This document shows, piece by piece, positions 13,401 through 28,800 of a DNA stretch of 64,000 nucleotides. The position numbers and the translations under genes were made by a program. Position 1 is the first letter of the stretch. Each line of letters opens with the position of its first letter. A model generated the notes under the pieces. It did no database searches. It was not told the origin of the DNA and worked only from the letters and a program-made list of their open reading frames with translations. The stretch covers positions 1,307,124 to 1,371,123 of the forward strand of contig CM082586.2 in the NCBI GenBank assembly GCA_040954595.2, read 5' to 3'. The stretch comes from Balanoglossus misakiensis (taxonomy: Eukaryota; Animalia; Hemichordata).

Positions 13401-15149
13401 GCCCACTAGAATAAAAAAAAGTTACAAAAAAATTAGAAAAAAATAATGAAACTCACTAAAACAAAGTGTACAGAACTGCAGAAAGCAAACTAAACAAAAC
13501 AAAACATCACCAACAAAAATAACTTACAGCTTCCAGGCCACCATTTCATGGATGTGAGTGTCGGACTATTCAGAATAAATTCTTCAGTTCCTTTTAAGTA
13601 GGTGGCGGTGGTTTCAAGTCCTCGTACAAATGTACCTGCAATACAAACATGCATATTTTTGTGTCATCCTGGAGCAATTCTACTCTTCTTTATATTTGGA
13701 CCCTATCACCACCATGGTTCAGTCCAAACCCACTGTCTTCCATGGTAAGGTTGGACCTCTATAGAGGAAACTGGGGGTGAAAGGGTTAATAAAACACTCA
13801 CCATGTCCCAACTCAGTCTGGGCATAGGTTCCAATGACTTGCATCTGTTCTGCCAATGGCAACCATTTGCGTTGCTGTTCTTCGCTTCCCTGACCCTCGA
13901 TCGTGGGGATAAACATCAGTGTATGCAGAGCAACATTGTTGCCATGTCTGTTTCGAGTCACGGTACTGTAGGAATGACAAGATGGTGGACTTTGCATCAG
14001 AAGTATACTGCTATGGCAGTCTTTTTGTCTGGCATTCTTATTTCACCACATGTATATCTTGCGATTGCCCTTCCTCTATGTGAAACGACAAGAACACAGA
14101 CTCATCATCGGGCACAGCTTGGAACTTCTTTATCTTAACGCTCACACACAGGCTAATTAAAAACACTTACTTTCTGAATCTCATCTTTTCATCTTCATTC
14201 CTAAAATTATGTTCCTGGATTTTCTTCTCAACAAGAATTCCAGTCTTAATCCCCAGGCTGTACTGCTCTTCTCTGGAGAGAAAAGACTTGTCTCCAATTT
14301 GAAAATCTGCATCATTCAAAGCGAGTGATTCTGAAATAAATACAGCATATGTTATGATTAAGTATTCTGATAGTTCAATTTAAAGCTAACATACAGGGGA
14401 AAAGCGCCCTCTATGGTGACATTGAACATATGGAAGAGACCCGTCCACCTGGATACAAACATCAGCTGATACTCATAAGAGGTGTGATCGGTGATAGAAC
14501 ATACTGGAGCTTCAAATAAATCCTTCACCTTTGCATGAAAAGTACAGTGCACACAGGTTCATTGTTCAACTTATAAGAGGTCAAATTTCAAGTCCTACAG
14601 TGATCAATAACCTATTAAAAATTATTTTGACAGAGTATTTTGGATTAGAACAAAGTTTCCTTCTGTGTCGTGAACAACAACTCTGGACTTTGGAATCGGG
14701 TTGGTGGACACGTACAAATGTAAAATCAAAGGTTAAAAAACTACCTGAAGGCTCTTTTTAACGTATTGTCACCAGGACGGGCTGTAGAGTGTAGTGACAT
14801 TTGCACCGTCGACAAACACGAGTGCCTGGAGTGTGACTCGAGTGGGCGTTGACGGTTGACACGACAGGTACAGTCTGTCCCAGACTGCAATCCAGACGTG
14901 CTAGGTTTCGCAAACTTATGTCATGATCGTCTGTGTGCACGACCCGAAATGAACATCGGTCAACTTAAAGCAGCGAAATACACAATCCGAAATCAACATA
15001 AATGTACATTACACGATAGGTCTACGTGACTTACGTATGTAACGTCGTCTGCTAGTATTGTCTTTTCCGCCCTCTATTACGTGGGTCAATTCTTCAATTG
15101 GAAAACTCGCACCGTCTCTTTCCTTCTGCAAATCTGGATTGGTGGGCAT
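10463..15149 (-). CDS. ACOX1: Peroxisomal acyl-CoA oxidase 1-like, paralog B (multi-exon)
   Basis: Starts [16 protein letters not shown]; [45 protein letters not shown]. Ends QANASKL* (PTS1). Confidence 0.93.
13701..13785. mobile_element. ~85-bp piggyBac-like MITE in an ACOX-B intron
   Basis: Ends CCCTATCACC...GGTGAAAGGG followed by TTAA; related copies at ~5546 and ~60720. Confidence 0.65.
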
Positions 15150-15645
15150 TTTGCTATCAAGTTGACGCACACAAACGACGGAGAAGCCAACTTTGAAACA
15201 TACAGTACAGCAACGGGTCATGCCCTCACGAGTTCGTGGTCAAAGGTTGAAAGCTGGATGGGCGGGGTCAGTACACGAGGAGCCAACCTACTTCAGACAA
15301 ATTTACACGCAAACAAACACAACCAGAGACTACATACTACATGTACTTAAATTTATATATAACGCGTAAGGCCTACTGCCCGGGGATTTTTCAGGAATCA
15401 AAGAAGGCTAAACTCCTGGGCTAAACTTAGGTGACTCGTGTTTAATCTTAGGCCAATGCCTTTAATCTGGAACGGATACCGTCCCATTATTGAGAATAAC
15501 ATATCACAACTTTAGTTCGAAACTAAACTTCATCACAAAATAAAATGACAAGAGACAAAATGCTGACGCGTTAATTTCAACATGTATGCTTGCATGCTTG
15601 GTATAAGATCATCTTTTTAAACCATTATCCTAAATGCTCGCGCAT

Positions 15646-18600
15646 TTACAGTTTTGAGGCGTTTGATTGGAGCAGAGGCCTCAGGTACTTGTAGTACGAA
15701 TGGTGTACCTGAAAACGAAGAGATTGAGATCTTGGGTAAAGATCACATATAAAAGGCCAACCATGCAAATTAATAAACACACAATTGTAAGATGTAAACC
15801 ATACCTCTTCCTTGTTCAAAGGTGACCGTTTCGCCCACTCATACATGTTTTCATAGACATTTCCATCATATCTGCCGAGTATAGACCCAAGTATCTTATC
15901 TGGGAAATCAAAGGCGTCGACCAGGGCCACTGCATTCGGGCGAAGTGTTGCCAAGAGAGAAACAATCTGACCTGGCACCATGGCAACCATCTCTCCTGTC
16001 AGGTAGCCGCTCTGTAAGACAAAGACCAAACGAACACCAAAATAAGACGAATGGCTGACCCTTATCCCTTAGAACCTTTCATTCGTCACTCTCATAAACT
16101 ATCCTACACTGAAAAATAATACGTCAGTTTTGATTAATATAGTTTCAATATTAGATCATATTTTTACCTGCAGGAACCCGCCAGAATTCTCCTCTATACC
16201 ATTCAGAGCGTACAACTGGCAGAGAGACTCCAACACGCGTCTCACGGATGCTGGCATCGGTGTACAATTAACAACTTCAGCGAATGCTTTCACGATGTAA
16301 TACTCACAGTGGGCCTGGTGGAAATCATAAAAGGTATGTCAGAATTATTTTCCTCACTCAAATGCGTTGATCTATAAACTGTGATCCTATTGTTCTATGA
16401 ATTCGCTGTCGTTTTGACGAAAATAAATGATTCAGAAAGGGGACTGGCATCTTATGTTGTCGTTGGACTTACTCGAGCTGCTGACAGTAAATGCATTTGG
16501 CATTTGTTCCAAGCCACGTGACGTGGGTGCCCTGATGACATCTCGCCCTGCAACGTCCGTGCAGCGTCCCGAACAAGTCTGTTATAGAGAAATGGAATGA
16601 AGACGTCACAAAGATAACATACTACAAAGTTTGAGACTAGTCTCTAGTGACCAGTTCCACGTTATTCCTGTTACAATCGGCTTTGCGTTAATTGTTTTTG
16701 AATGGTGAGTTTACCTTTGTGCCCTGTGCTTGTATGCATCACACAGCACTTCCAACCTTATCAGATCTGTTTCACTGTTGATGACAGCTTTCTGCTGTAG
16801 TTCTTCTGACAGATACTGGATTTGGTCTGGCATAGTTTCAACAGATGCAGCATTACCAACAATCTTCATTAAATACCTATATGACGAGAACAACATGAAA
16901 TTCATCAAAAAGTAATTAAAATACGCCACATTGCGCACCGCTCCGCTAAATGGGTATGTTTTGCACCGTACACGGACTAAATTTTCCCATGGTCTATCAT
17001 GGCAGCGCTAAGTAGGCCCAATGCAGCAAAACGTGTATGTGTGTCATGACTAAGAATGAAGCTTCTGTTTCTTAAGAGTAAACGCCCTTGCAAGTGATAT
17101 TATTTTTGATCAAGCCTCTTATACCTACCTTGCAGTTTGGAGCATCATAACCGTGTTATCCCCTTCAACTGTTGTCATGGCGGTAAACATGGTGTATAAA
17201 TCCGGCAGGCCACTGGCATGGGAGAAACCATGGCCACCACAGGCAAGGCGACAGATTTCTATCCCTTTGTCCATGGTGTCAGATGATAATGACTTCAACC
17301 CGGAAGTCAGAGCATGAACCTTGAAAGACAGAGAAAATTAACCCAACTTACATTGGGGCCATCTTATAATGGGACACATTTCTTGACATGGACGCTATAG
17401 CAAAAGTCTTCGTCTTACAAAGTCAGTGAGCATGGCGAAGAAACACACCTACTTCTACCGCATGACATAAAAGGCAACAAGGTTTCACTTACATCTTGTA
17501 GGTTCTTGAAATTACCACTGGCAAGTTCAAGCAGAAGGTTGTTGTAAATTTTCCTGACTTTCATTTCCATAAAATGCAGAGCATATGCTTTCGCCACACA
17601 TGGAAACACCTTCAGTTGTTGCGACTGATAGTCCATTATCTGTGGTTCTTTACCACTGAAGACAAGAAAACAAAAGACATGTAATTTATGACAAATAGAC
17701 ATATTTTGAGATTCACTTGGCAACTTCAAATCTTGGCACAGATCAACCGAGAGTCATTTCATCCATTGTCTAATTTTCATTTGCACATTAAACGTTTCAT
17801 TATCGGAGACTGTCCATGTATAGAGAGAATCTGCCTGTTGCCTTGGTGACTGTTGTAAGCGACCTACCCTGGTTCCAATTCACTTTGTCTCCTCACAGCG
17901 CTGTATCTAGTGGCAACAGTGCACGCCATGGCCAAGACTTCAGCCGCACTAGCCAGGAAACTAACCCTAAGAAACATCATCGTTCCGTAGGCTATTTTGT
18001 CATTGGGTGGCTTGGAATACGTCCCGTCAACAGACACCTATTGGAAATGATAGAAATCTCCATATTCAGAAAAGGTGGCAGTCTGTCATGTCTTTTAAAA
18101 GAAAGGACAACATATAGGTAAAATTTTAAGTGGTTTGTGCAGGGACAGACAATAGTTTAGATTTCAATCTTGTCTGATCATCAGTTTACATTATTGTTCT
18201 GTATATTATGCAAGCTTTTTTCATAGTACCAGCGCGAATGCTCTGACAACAGAAATAGACGCTGTTTTCTCATCAACTTTGGAACCGAGATTATCTTTTC
18301 TAGGAAAAAGAACAAAGCGGTACTTAACCGTACCTTGGCATACTTCATCAACATGTTGTCTCTCGGGATGCGAACGTGGTCCAGTTTTAAGAAGCCGTTG
18401 TCATTGCTGTCAAAACCAAACTTTGGCCCTATGTCTCCAACGGTTACTCCTGGTGTTGGGAAAACGAGGAAATCTTTCTTTTAAAAAATTCACAGTTTAT
18501 AGAGGCAGACCTTTGCGTGCGAAAATGTGAAAAAAACGCCGATCCGTAATCAGACAGCTTAGTATGGGATAGACCAAGATTCTGAAATTACCTGGTAGTG

Positions 18601-20032
18601 GTTCGTGAGTGTCCATACTTCTCAATTGGACCATAAATGAGTGGACACCATAGCATTTACCTTGGATGTAAAGTTGTGCCATGACTACTGCATGGTTCAC
18701 ACTTTTGCTCACTGAAGAAAAAAAATAAAGAATATGGTCTGCAATTAGTTATATCAAACTTCAAACGTTGACTTTGTTGGAATCCTCTTCCCAATACTTA
18801 AGTTACGAACGTACGCTTATAAATCTTACTGCAGTCAAAAACAAAAACACACAAAAAAGCTTACAGTATCCAGGCCACCATTTCATTGCTGTCAGAGTTG
18901 GGCTATTCATGACGAATTCCTCGGTTTCTTTTAAGTAGGTTGCCGTGGTTTCCAGTCCTCGTATAAATGAACCTGCCACAGGGATGAAAAATATAGAATT
19001 AGCACAGGTTTGCTGGTAGCTTGCATGTAGATGAACGGTTTTAATAAATGTTTTAATATTGTATTTTATGAGCCTAGTTGTTTTTGTTTTTTTTTATTGT
19101 AAAGCGGTTTGATGTTTTTACTGATGGAAATCGCTGTATAAAAAATAAATTATTATTATTATTATTATTATAGATGACACAGCGAGCGGCGCGACTGATA
19201 ATTGCGCATATATAGTAATAACCACCTGTTCTCATAGTGTTTAATTTTCGGAGAACTTTCATAGCATTGTATTATACACAAAGCAAATAGTGCTTGTTTA
19301 CACTGGACAGTAAACGCTATGTTGGAATAAGTACGTACCATGCGCCAACTCAGTCTGTGCATATGTCCCAATGACTTGCAGACTATCTGTGAGTGGCAAC
19401 CATTTCCTTTGTTGTTCCTCTGTCCCTTGACTTTCGATGGTTGGGACAAACATTTCTGTGTGCAATTTGACGATACTGCCGTGTCTGTTTCGAACTACAG
19501 TACTGTATGACAAAACGAAAATAACGGTCAAATAGAGCACATGTATATAATAAAGCATGGATCACGAAGTTACACAGGAGCACAGTCAACTTGTCATGTA
19601 TGTATTGTGTATGTATATGAGTACGTGCGTCAAAAAGATGCGAGCACTTACTTTCTGAATATTAACTTTTCTTCTTCATCTTTTAAACCATGTTCCTTAA
19701 TTTTCTTCTCAGCAAGAATTCCAGTCTTAACACCAAGGGCATAGTCCTCCTCCCTGGTCAGAAATGAATTGTCTCCGATTTGAAGATCTGGATCATTCAG
19801 TGCGAGGGATTCTGTTGGAAGAAGTATATCACATGATTATTATAATAGTCTCTGTATGCACCAACACAACGGCAACGTAAAAAATAAGTAAGCTGTATTT
19901 GACGCTTCGTAACTTACGTATATAGCGTCGCCTGATGGTTCGGTGTTTCCCACCATCTTTTACGTAGGTCAACTCTTCAGTTGGAAAACTTGCACCGTCC
20001 CTTTCCTTCTGCAAATCAGGATTCACTGACAT
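15646..20032 (-). CDS. ACOX1: Peroxisomal acyl-CoA oxidase 1-like, paralog C (multi-exon)
   Basis: Starts [16 protein letters not shown]; [33 protein letters not shown]. Ends QSNASKL* (PTS1). Closest to paralog B. Confidence 0.93.
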
Positions 20033-20489
20033 TTTGTAGCTAGTTAACTCGCCGCCGAGCTCTGAGAGACTGAGTCAGGGTTTTATCTTGACACAGATAG
20101 TACACCAGAACCTTGACAAGAGGTCAAATCCGTTCAATCAAATTATCAAGAGCTGCGGTCTCTAGGATTTGACGCAATATTTCTTCCGCAACGTACCTGT
20201 CCAGCAGGCAAGGTAAACAGAAACGTCCTTACGTAGTTGTCACGTAAATTGTGTCACTGGAACTTTGGTGGGGCCAAACTTTGGTCAGGGTGTTATTCAG
20301 TTGAGGTCGAGTTGGCACAATTAATTGACCAATACATCTTATTGGGGCTGTCACAATTTCGCAAAATGTATTATTATAATTAAATAAAATTATATAAATT
20401 CACTTTTGTCGTACACTATTATTTTAACTCTACATTTAATAAACATTCAACAATATAAGCGGAAAACATACTACACTAGAAATTTACGC

Positions 20490-22312
20490 CTAATTTAAAT
20501 TTATCTGCCATAAGAAAGGCTTTCTTATGTTGTCATAGTTGATTCCGTAAATCTTCTTTCTCAACAAATTCAGATAATCGAGTAGAAAAACACGAGATAA
20601 GTAACAAAATGTGGAGTCAAGTTCATATTGGTCATTCCATTTGGATTCTTCAATGACCATAGTTGCATTTGGCATAAAAGACGCGAGTTTGCAGAACCGT
20701 TTGAATTGATAATTTTGTTCTTTGAAATACAACAACTCCTCAGCGAATTCTCGTTCACCCGCAATGCGCTGTAGGAATTTAGACTTGAAGTGGTCATAGA
20801 GGGCGTAGTCCGCCTGGCTGTAGCGTCGGTGAAACTGTTCAGTGTCATCATTCACGGCGAAACGCTTCTTGCGAACGTTCAAGGGCACGTAGAAAATGTC
20901 CGTCAATTCCCAACAGAGGGTCCTTTTCAGCAAAATCAGTGATTCGTCAAAATATTCAAGTATCATCACGAGGTCAAAGTCCCTGTCCAGACCGGCGATA
21001 AACTGGACTATCCCATTGACATTGTCGTACATTGAGGGCGGAAATCCTAAATCGAAGGCCATGAAATTTCTCTGATAAGCGGCGCCTTTCTTCTCGTACC
21101 ATTGATAGAACTCCTTGGGCTGAAGGAAAAACCTTTCAACGGGTTGGCGACTGTCAGCGGGGTTCGTCTTGTTCAACCGTCTGTCCCATGCGAAGTAACT
21201 ATACGCAGACTTGAACTGCGACCAAGGGTTTCTCAGTATGGTAACATACTTGGCGGAACCACTCATCAATTTTCTCGCTAATGTTCCGTTATACACTGCA
21301 TGGAGGCAGAATACATTGAAATGATTCTGTTTGGGGGGATGGTAGAAATTAGGCTTCATCTGCCAGGGCCATCCCAGCCCTCGCTTGTCGTCCTTAGGTA
21401 GCAAGACAGACAGATCATTCAAGTCGGCGAAACGTAAGAGAATTTGAGCGACTGTGTCACTGCCTGTTTTGTGCGTCTTCAGAAAAAACACATCATTCAC
21501 TTTAGCGCACTTTTCTGGGACATCGAATCGAGATGGCGGAGTGGTGTTCTGTGTTTGCGTGAAAATCTTCGGGAGTATCGACGTCCTTGTTTTGTTCTCA
21601 GACTGTTCAGTAATAGGCTTGCTCCTGAGAAAAAAATATGTTTTAACGTTCGCAAATGATTAAAGGGACAATGTTGCTAACGATGGGCTAGTCATGTTAT
21701 TCCTCTCAGTCACCGAAACATGCTAAATGACCAACCCACTCTTTGTACATGGACGTACATAATGCGAGAATATGTCTGCAAAATATTTTTTGGAAGTGAT
21801 CAAAAATTAAACGTTAAAAGTATTCATGTATGATGTGTCCATGTAAAGGTTGCAGCTCACCTTTGAGCATCAGTAGCTATGTCACTGTCACCTTTGGAGT
21901 TGTGGTCCTTCACCCCACCATATCTCTTAGTCTTCATCGCGCTCCTTTCCTCCGTTTTGAAGTTGGTGCGAATGTTATTCCTTGTCCATCTGAAAAGATT
22001 TTCGTCTCCTGTCTTATTCAGTGGGGCGTCCTCAACCAGCTCCCCTTCTTCAAGCGCGGATAGGTTATTGGAAATTGTACGTTCGGTGTCATTGTAAACG
22101 TGAATGTTGTGTTCCTTCGCGAGTCGTATCAACTGGGTCAGGTGGATTCTGTTGCCCTGGTAACTGCGCAGAAACGCGTTCATCTCCGGCAGCTCTGCGT
22201 GTTTCCCTTCTTTCTCCGTCATCCCGATGGACAGAATCGTCCAGGAGACACTGAGGAAGACGATTAGACACATCCACTGCGTCAGGTTCAGGATCTTCAG
22301 TTTCACTGTCAT
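20490..22312 (-). CDS. Galactose-3-O-sulfotransferase (GAL3ST family), 2 exons
   Basis: Exon 22312-21861 encodes a type II TM and stem; exon 21624-20490 has FFLKTHKTGSDTV, ILRNPWSQFKSAYSY and DFDLVMILEYFDESLILLK. Confidence 0.9.
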
Positions 22313-24200
22313 GGTCGATGCGGGGTCCAGGTGAGAGGCTCGGCGGAATATACGACGACTTCGTTAACTATGCAACGGAGTTGCGTGTTTGTTCGGGGGA
22401 CAATATGGCCAGTCGCCAAACACGTCAATTGGCTCATGGCACGCAGGCTAATATTTCAGAAGCATGTACAAGTAACCAAGCACGGTTAAATATTATACAA
22501 GTACACGCGTGTGGCCAGGTTTTTGACAAAACTGTGAAAATCAATCGCGAAATTTAACATGATTATAATCTTACATATCGTTTATCTAAAGATCAACGAA
22601 CACTGGTTAAGTTTCATTTGTACTGTCTGATTTGAACTGCAATTAAAATAACCAAATTAGTTAGGGGGGTGTATTGACCAAATTAATTACTGGAATTATA
22701 AAATATAAAACACGTATGGTTTCATCATTTCGATCGGGACTAGTCATCGTTTCCCTCAGATATTTTTTTTTCTTTTTAAGAATGAAACTCGACAATGCAC
22801 AAGTTTTTATGTGAATGAAATATTAACGTAGCCTTCACACACAGCCATATATTGACACAACGTATATGGTGGGGTGACGGTATATTTGCTTGTCATTCTA
22901 GCATACAGTGTGATCAGAATATTTGCCGGTACCAGCATATAAATTAGACTCGCATACCACTTATTTAATTGCAATATATGATTGTCGTATAGGGACTTCC
23001 AGTTAGTATATATTATCTAGATTAATTAATGACCCAAGATTTTTATATTTTAGGATATTTATATTCACTAAAACGATTTTGTCCGCTGAGTGCGATATTG
23101 CACCATTGCACTGAGTATCCTGACGCTGCACCGCACCTGGCATAATAACACTCACATATCACATGATAGCCATTGTTCTTTTGAAAGAAATGCTGCCTCG
23201 TCCAGGAAGAACTGCGTCCAGGTGCACATTACCTGGCTCCGCCATCTTTGTCTGTAATCTCTGTGCTGTGCTCTCGACCTTTGATTGAGGTTTCATTTCG
23301 ACCTCGCCTGAAAGTTTCATTTTATCGACGAACCAGAACTTTCTTGAAGTACCTTGTTGACGTATAATCGAAAATTCCTATAACAGAGTAACTTTTAATG
23401 TACACGTTTCTAGAGAAAATGACAGAAAATTGTTACTTACAGTAGACGATGTGTGCAAGGGGGGCTTCAAGCCAGGAACAGAGGCACCCTCGATTTTCGT
23501 CAAGTCACTTTCCATGACCGATGAAAAATCCAGTCCATAGCGTCACAGTCATGACCTTCACTTGGCTGTCGGAAATTTCTCCTGGTAATGAATGGGTCGT
23601 TGTCGTCACTTCTTTCAGCCATGGTGTCTGTACGCCAAAATTTGAGTTCCGAATGATGGAAGTGGCACGTTACTGACCGATGACCGTCTGACAAATGACC
23701 TGGCTGACGACTATCCAATCGAAATGCATCGTTCACCAGGTGCATTATGTGAAGCTTGTGATTGGTTGATATGACTGGGTCGTTTAGCATACCAAGGTCT
23801 CATAGCTTGTCAAAATACTGTGTGTTGTAAGCCGGATAATGAACTCTCTCCTGCAACAGTACAGATATTAAACTCCATTCCTGTCGCCCAATAGCTGAAC
23901 GATTGCACTTTGCTCGTACATTATCCTTTACATAACAAACCACCAGTAAACCAGCAGACTGCAATGTCACGCATCCTACAACATGCATGGTAAATACTGG
24001 TACCCAAGCACAATAATGGCAATCGAAATAGATGATCACCATGACGAAGCAGATCATACAGAGAACAGAAGGTCATCGACCTCTCGGCAGTTGTGCAGGC
24101 CTATATAAACGCTGTTGCATATCGTGGTGTACACAGTAATAATTTAGCATCGGTGGAGCATCATAACTGGGATTGTAAGAACTTCGGTGACAGGCCAATT

Positions 24201-25420
24201 ATGTCTGCAAAACATCTGGTAACAGGTAGGTACCGAAAGTCCTCGTCGCACTCTTTCAAGTCGTTTAAAACACATCTTGTATAAAACACAAATGGGTTAA
24301 GCCTAGTCAACTGTACTGTTTAATTGCTCGACAATATGTTTCAGGATCTTCTCTACCTCCTCTGAAAAATGGAACTACCCGTTTGTATAGTATGAGGTTC
24401 TGTCCATACGCTCAGCGCTCAAGACTAGCGTTGACCGCCAAGGGAATTCCGTAAGTATAGCAGTTTCACGATGTTCTCTGTACCTGTAGTTGTCAAACAT
24501 CCATCAATTTTAATTATACAAGGTATACAAAAGAATTTCTCTGGCTAAATACATTTTTTGATTTCAATGCCATAACAAAGCGATTCGTTTTTGTTCGTTT
24601 TAGGTTTGAAACAGTGAATTGTAACCTCAAACAGAAACCCGAATGGCTGCTTGAACGAAACCCGAAAGGGTTGGTTCCTGTTATTGAACACGACGGGAAA
24701 GTAGTCTACGAGTCACTGATTGTTAACGATTACGTGGACGAAATTTATCCAGATCAAAGACCCTTGGGTTCGAAGGATCCTTATGAGAAAGCGAGAGATA
24801 GGATAGTTCAGGACATGTTCGACGGTCAGGTGAGTTTTCCTGACTATTGTACACGTAAATTTTGACATTTTATAATCAAAATCTGGCAGTGCGCTCGTGA
24901 CGTGATGACTATTTTTTTACACTCTTGCACTTTCGTATTAGGTCATTCCGAATTACTTTAAAGTTCTGAGCAACGACGGGAAAGACCTGGAGCATAATGA
25001 GAACTTGACCAAGGCTTTGAAGAAGGTTGAAGATGAGTTGAAGAAACGAGGAACTCGGTTTTTCAGAGGTGAGAGAGTGACCTACATGCACTGAATTCTC
25101 TGAGGCCAATTAACATAAATTTTCAACGTACTCCTGGGACCAGTAAGCTCATCATTTTGCCAATAATCATGTTTCTCTTAGCAGGCAACAAGCCAGGCTT
25201 GCTTGACTACAATATGTGGCCATTTCTGGAACGAATTAAATGGATGGAGCAGACGACAAACTTGACGATTTTCGACGACTCACTTCCGGTGCTGACACCA
25301 TATGTTGAGAGAATGCTCTCTGATGAAGCAGTGAAGGCTATACGTAACCCAACTGACATTCACGTCAGATTTTTCAAATCGTACCACGAGAAAGGCATAT
25401 ATGACTATGACTTGAAATAA
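24201..25420 (+). CDS. GSTO1: Glutathione S-transferase omega, 5 exons
   Basis: MSAKHLVT|[25 protein letters not shown] (active-site Cys); [40 protein letters not shown]. Exons approx. 24201-24225, 24345-24449, 24604-24829, 24942-25048, 25184-25420. Confidence 0.93.
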
Positions 25421-25868
25421 CAAGCAGATAGACATTCGGCAAAGTAGTTTAGCGAGAGATGGAGGTGTCAATAGCATTTTGGGGTTAAATTTATTGTAAA
25501 TCGTGCGTTGTATACATCACTTTTATGTGCACATCTCTAATGCAAATTTAATTTCATATATAGTGTATATCCATCTACTGGACGGCTATATGTTTAATAT
25601 ACATTACAGATAACACTGGCAAGGAGTGGGCTTAATTTTCTAAACAATGTTCTATCTTTTTGTAGAATAGCCAGACAAATTGTCAAAGACAAGCATACAC
25701 GTGTTTATATATGTGTGCATGGGTGTGGTAGTAAGATTCTAAATGCGTGATTCAAAAATAAAATCTTCACATTACTGACTTGTGCGTATATATCTTTTAC
25801 AATATATCATTAAACATCTACACCAAACATTGTATCATCTGTTCATTCAGTATATATCTGTTGTTAGA

Positions 25869-28800
25869 TCACAGCTTGGATTTAGCTGTCAGTACTGGTC
25901 TCAGGTACTTGTAGTAGGAATCATGAACCTGCATCAAATTAAGTAGAATAAAAGAAGTTATACTGCTTGTATTTAAATTGTACCTGAGACTACCTATCAC
26001 GTTCTTCTAACTGTCAATCACATAACAGTACTGTGTTAACACGACTTCAAAGGATTCTTACCTCTGTTTTGTTCAGAGTTGATTGTTTGGTCCATTCCAT
26101 CATATTTTCGTAGACATTTCCATCATATCTACCAAGCTGAGAACACAGCATCTCATCTGGAAAATCCAAGGCATCTACCAGTGCCACAGCGTTGGGACGG
26201 AGAGTGGCCAGTAGAGACGATATCTGGTTTGTCACCATGGAAACTTGCCTTCTTGTCATGTAGCCATACTATGTGACATCAGAACAAAACACGTTTAGAG
26301 GGAAGTTTGGGTTTTAAAAGAGATTGTGCACATAAACAATCATTATAACTAATTGGAGACGTTATATTTGGCAGAAATAGAATATATATATTATTACAAT
26401 ATAATTCCCTGGACATGAACATCACATGCATGCCCAGCGCGATTAATGAAGAAAGTCCAACCAGGCATGTAGATGGTGCAACCCTGTCCATCTGCGCAGG
26501 CGTCAAAAGGGCATTACTCAAATTACCTGCAAGAAGTCTCCAGTATTGTTTCTGATCCCATACAAAGCGTAGAGTTGACACAGGCTTATCAAGACTTCCC
26601 TCACCGGGTTTTCCATCAGGGTTGTCATGGTGAAACTGATGAAACTCTCCACTGTGACGTAGTGACAGTGAGCCTGTAGCATGAAACATACAATAAACTT
26701 TGTTGTAATAGGTCAGGTCACACAAACCTGTCTGTCACTCACATGTGTACATCACCTGTCACATGCTGACAATGATGTGACAAGCTGACTGAGTGACACG
26801 CACATGACAGTCACATGCGCAGGTCACAGCCACTTAGGCTACTTACCTCGGCAGCCTTCAGGAGCTCCAAGTGTGAGTTATTCCATGCCAAGTGTTCTGG
26901 GTTTCCTCGCTTGACTTCAGTCTGAAATTTTTCAGCAGCTTCATATATGAGACTGTGAACAAATAGAAACGCAAGTTAAAGCTGTTTAGAGATGCTTACA
27001 TTTAAACATAGTGCAATCCAAAAATTTGAAAGAGGCTTCTTATCCAATAGTTGCACGTGCGTTAGTTATGGGTTACTCGAACATAAATCATCTGTTCAAT
27101 AATTCATCTGTTCCTGAAAGATATTTAGGTGCATTAAAATATTGGAATTGATCATGGCACTACAACAGCTTCCTTTCTAGATTTAACTTCATATTTACCT
27201 GCGAGCTCTGCATGCATATACATGTACCAACAAACTCAAATTCATAAGGTCAGAGTCTGACTTGGTAGGGCATGTATTTCCCTCCTTCATTTTCAAATAT
27301 GACATGGATGGTGGAAGGTTGGTGCCTGCCGCGACCTTGGCAACACATCTTATGAGATATCTGTAGAGATATAAATCAGATCAGGTGTCATCTGAGACTC
27401 GTCAAATGGTAAAAGGTGCAAACAATAACATGATGCCAATCTTCACTGATCTCAATCAAGTGAGATAGTCATGTTGCACTATTTTAGTCAGGAGCGGGTA
27501 TACTGGCTGGTTAGTTGAAGGCTCAACATCTGGACTGTACTAAACAAAACAACTTAAACACCTGCGTCATATAAGGTCTTTTGGGTAATAGTAAGTCTTA
27601 ACTGCATCTAATAACAAACAGATACGTTCATTTGTTTGGTCAGGTTTTCAATGGGGGAAACCGAATTACCTAGCAAGCTGTAAATACATCACAGTGTTCT
27701 CGCCTTCACCTGGCACGGTCAAAAAGCTGTATGTATAGAGACTAGGCAATCCACTGACTTCTGAATATCCATTGCCGCCACATGCAAGAAGGCATGCTTC
27801 CACACCAGACTTGACAGCATTTGTAGTAAATGCCTTGATTCCTGCAGTGACCGCATGCATCTGGTAACAAAGAAGTAGTACTCTCTCAAGACACTGATAT
27901 CTCTGTCTGCAAAAGTGTACTACATTACGTCCCAGCGATTCTCAAACTATTATGTGAACAAATATGGAAAAGGTCATGCAAAACAGAGAGACACCAGAAA
28001 GCCATACAAATCACACATTGCGGAAACATGACAGAAACATGTCAGAAACGTGTCAGAAACGTGTAAGAAACTTATAAGAAATAAGAAACTGATCCGCCAT
28101 ATAATGCTTGTCATCAACTCTAAGCTGTACACCTACTTCAGAAAGGGCAGAGAAATTCCCTCCATGCAGTTCTGCTTTCATCTGTTCGTTGAAATGCTGT
28201 GTTTTCTTGATGGTGAATAGAAGAGCGTAGATGGTAGCCACCTGCGGCAGAACCTTATATTGTTGAGACAGATGGTCTAGTATTTGGACTTCTTTCTCTC
28301 TGTAGCAGAAAAAAAAACATAACTTTACCTAGATTGACATCTTATAACCAAGAAAATCCTTTAGAAAACTGTAGGATTTGTACAAATCTGTGGCTTGTAA
28401 GATTGTAAGTTCTGAACCCCTTACCCTCGTTTGAGTTCTCCCTGCCTCCTGATGGCGCTGTATCTGACCGCAATGGTGACAGCGGCTCCCAGTCTGATAG
28501 TGACCAACCAAAGAAATGTCACTCTGGTCTGGACCATGGTACCATAAGCCAGTCTGGAGTTTGGAGAAGTGATGTATTCTCCATTGGGTAGTATCTGTGG
28601 AGAATGTCATTACATACAAGGTAAGCAATCAGTAAATGGTTTTAGTCTAAAATTAGTCCAGAATTCAAGTTTAAACCTCACAGTTCCACTTGATTTATTT
28701 GTAACAAAAACTACAAGTCTAATTTTTTTTTTCACTTAAAAACAAGCGACATATCAATGCTGTTACAAAAACTTACCTTTGCATACTTCATCAACATGTT

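Noticed and set aside
23170-23790. Short minus-strand ORFs (MAERSDDNDPF..., MAEPGNVHL...) with a splice-like site upstream of GSTO
   Set aside because: No coherent gene model or family motif; possibly a decayed repeat, but this cannot be supported from the sequence.
28021-28085. Repeat array as a CRISPR-like structure
   Set aside because: Units are contiguous with no spacers, and the context is a eukaryotic intron.
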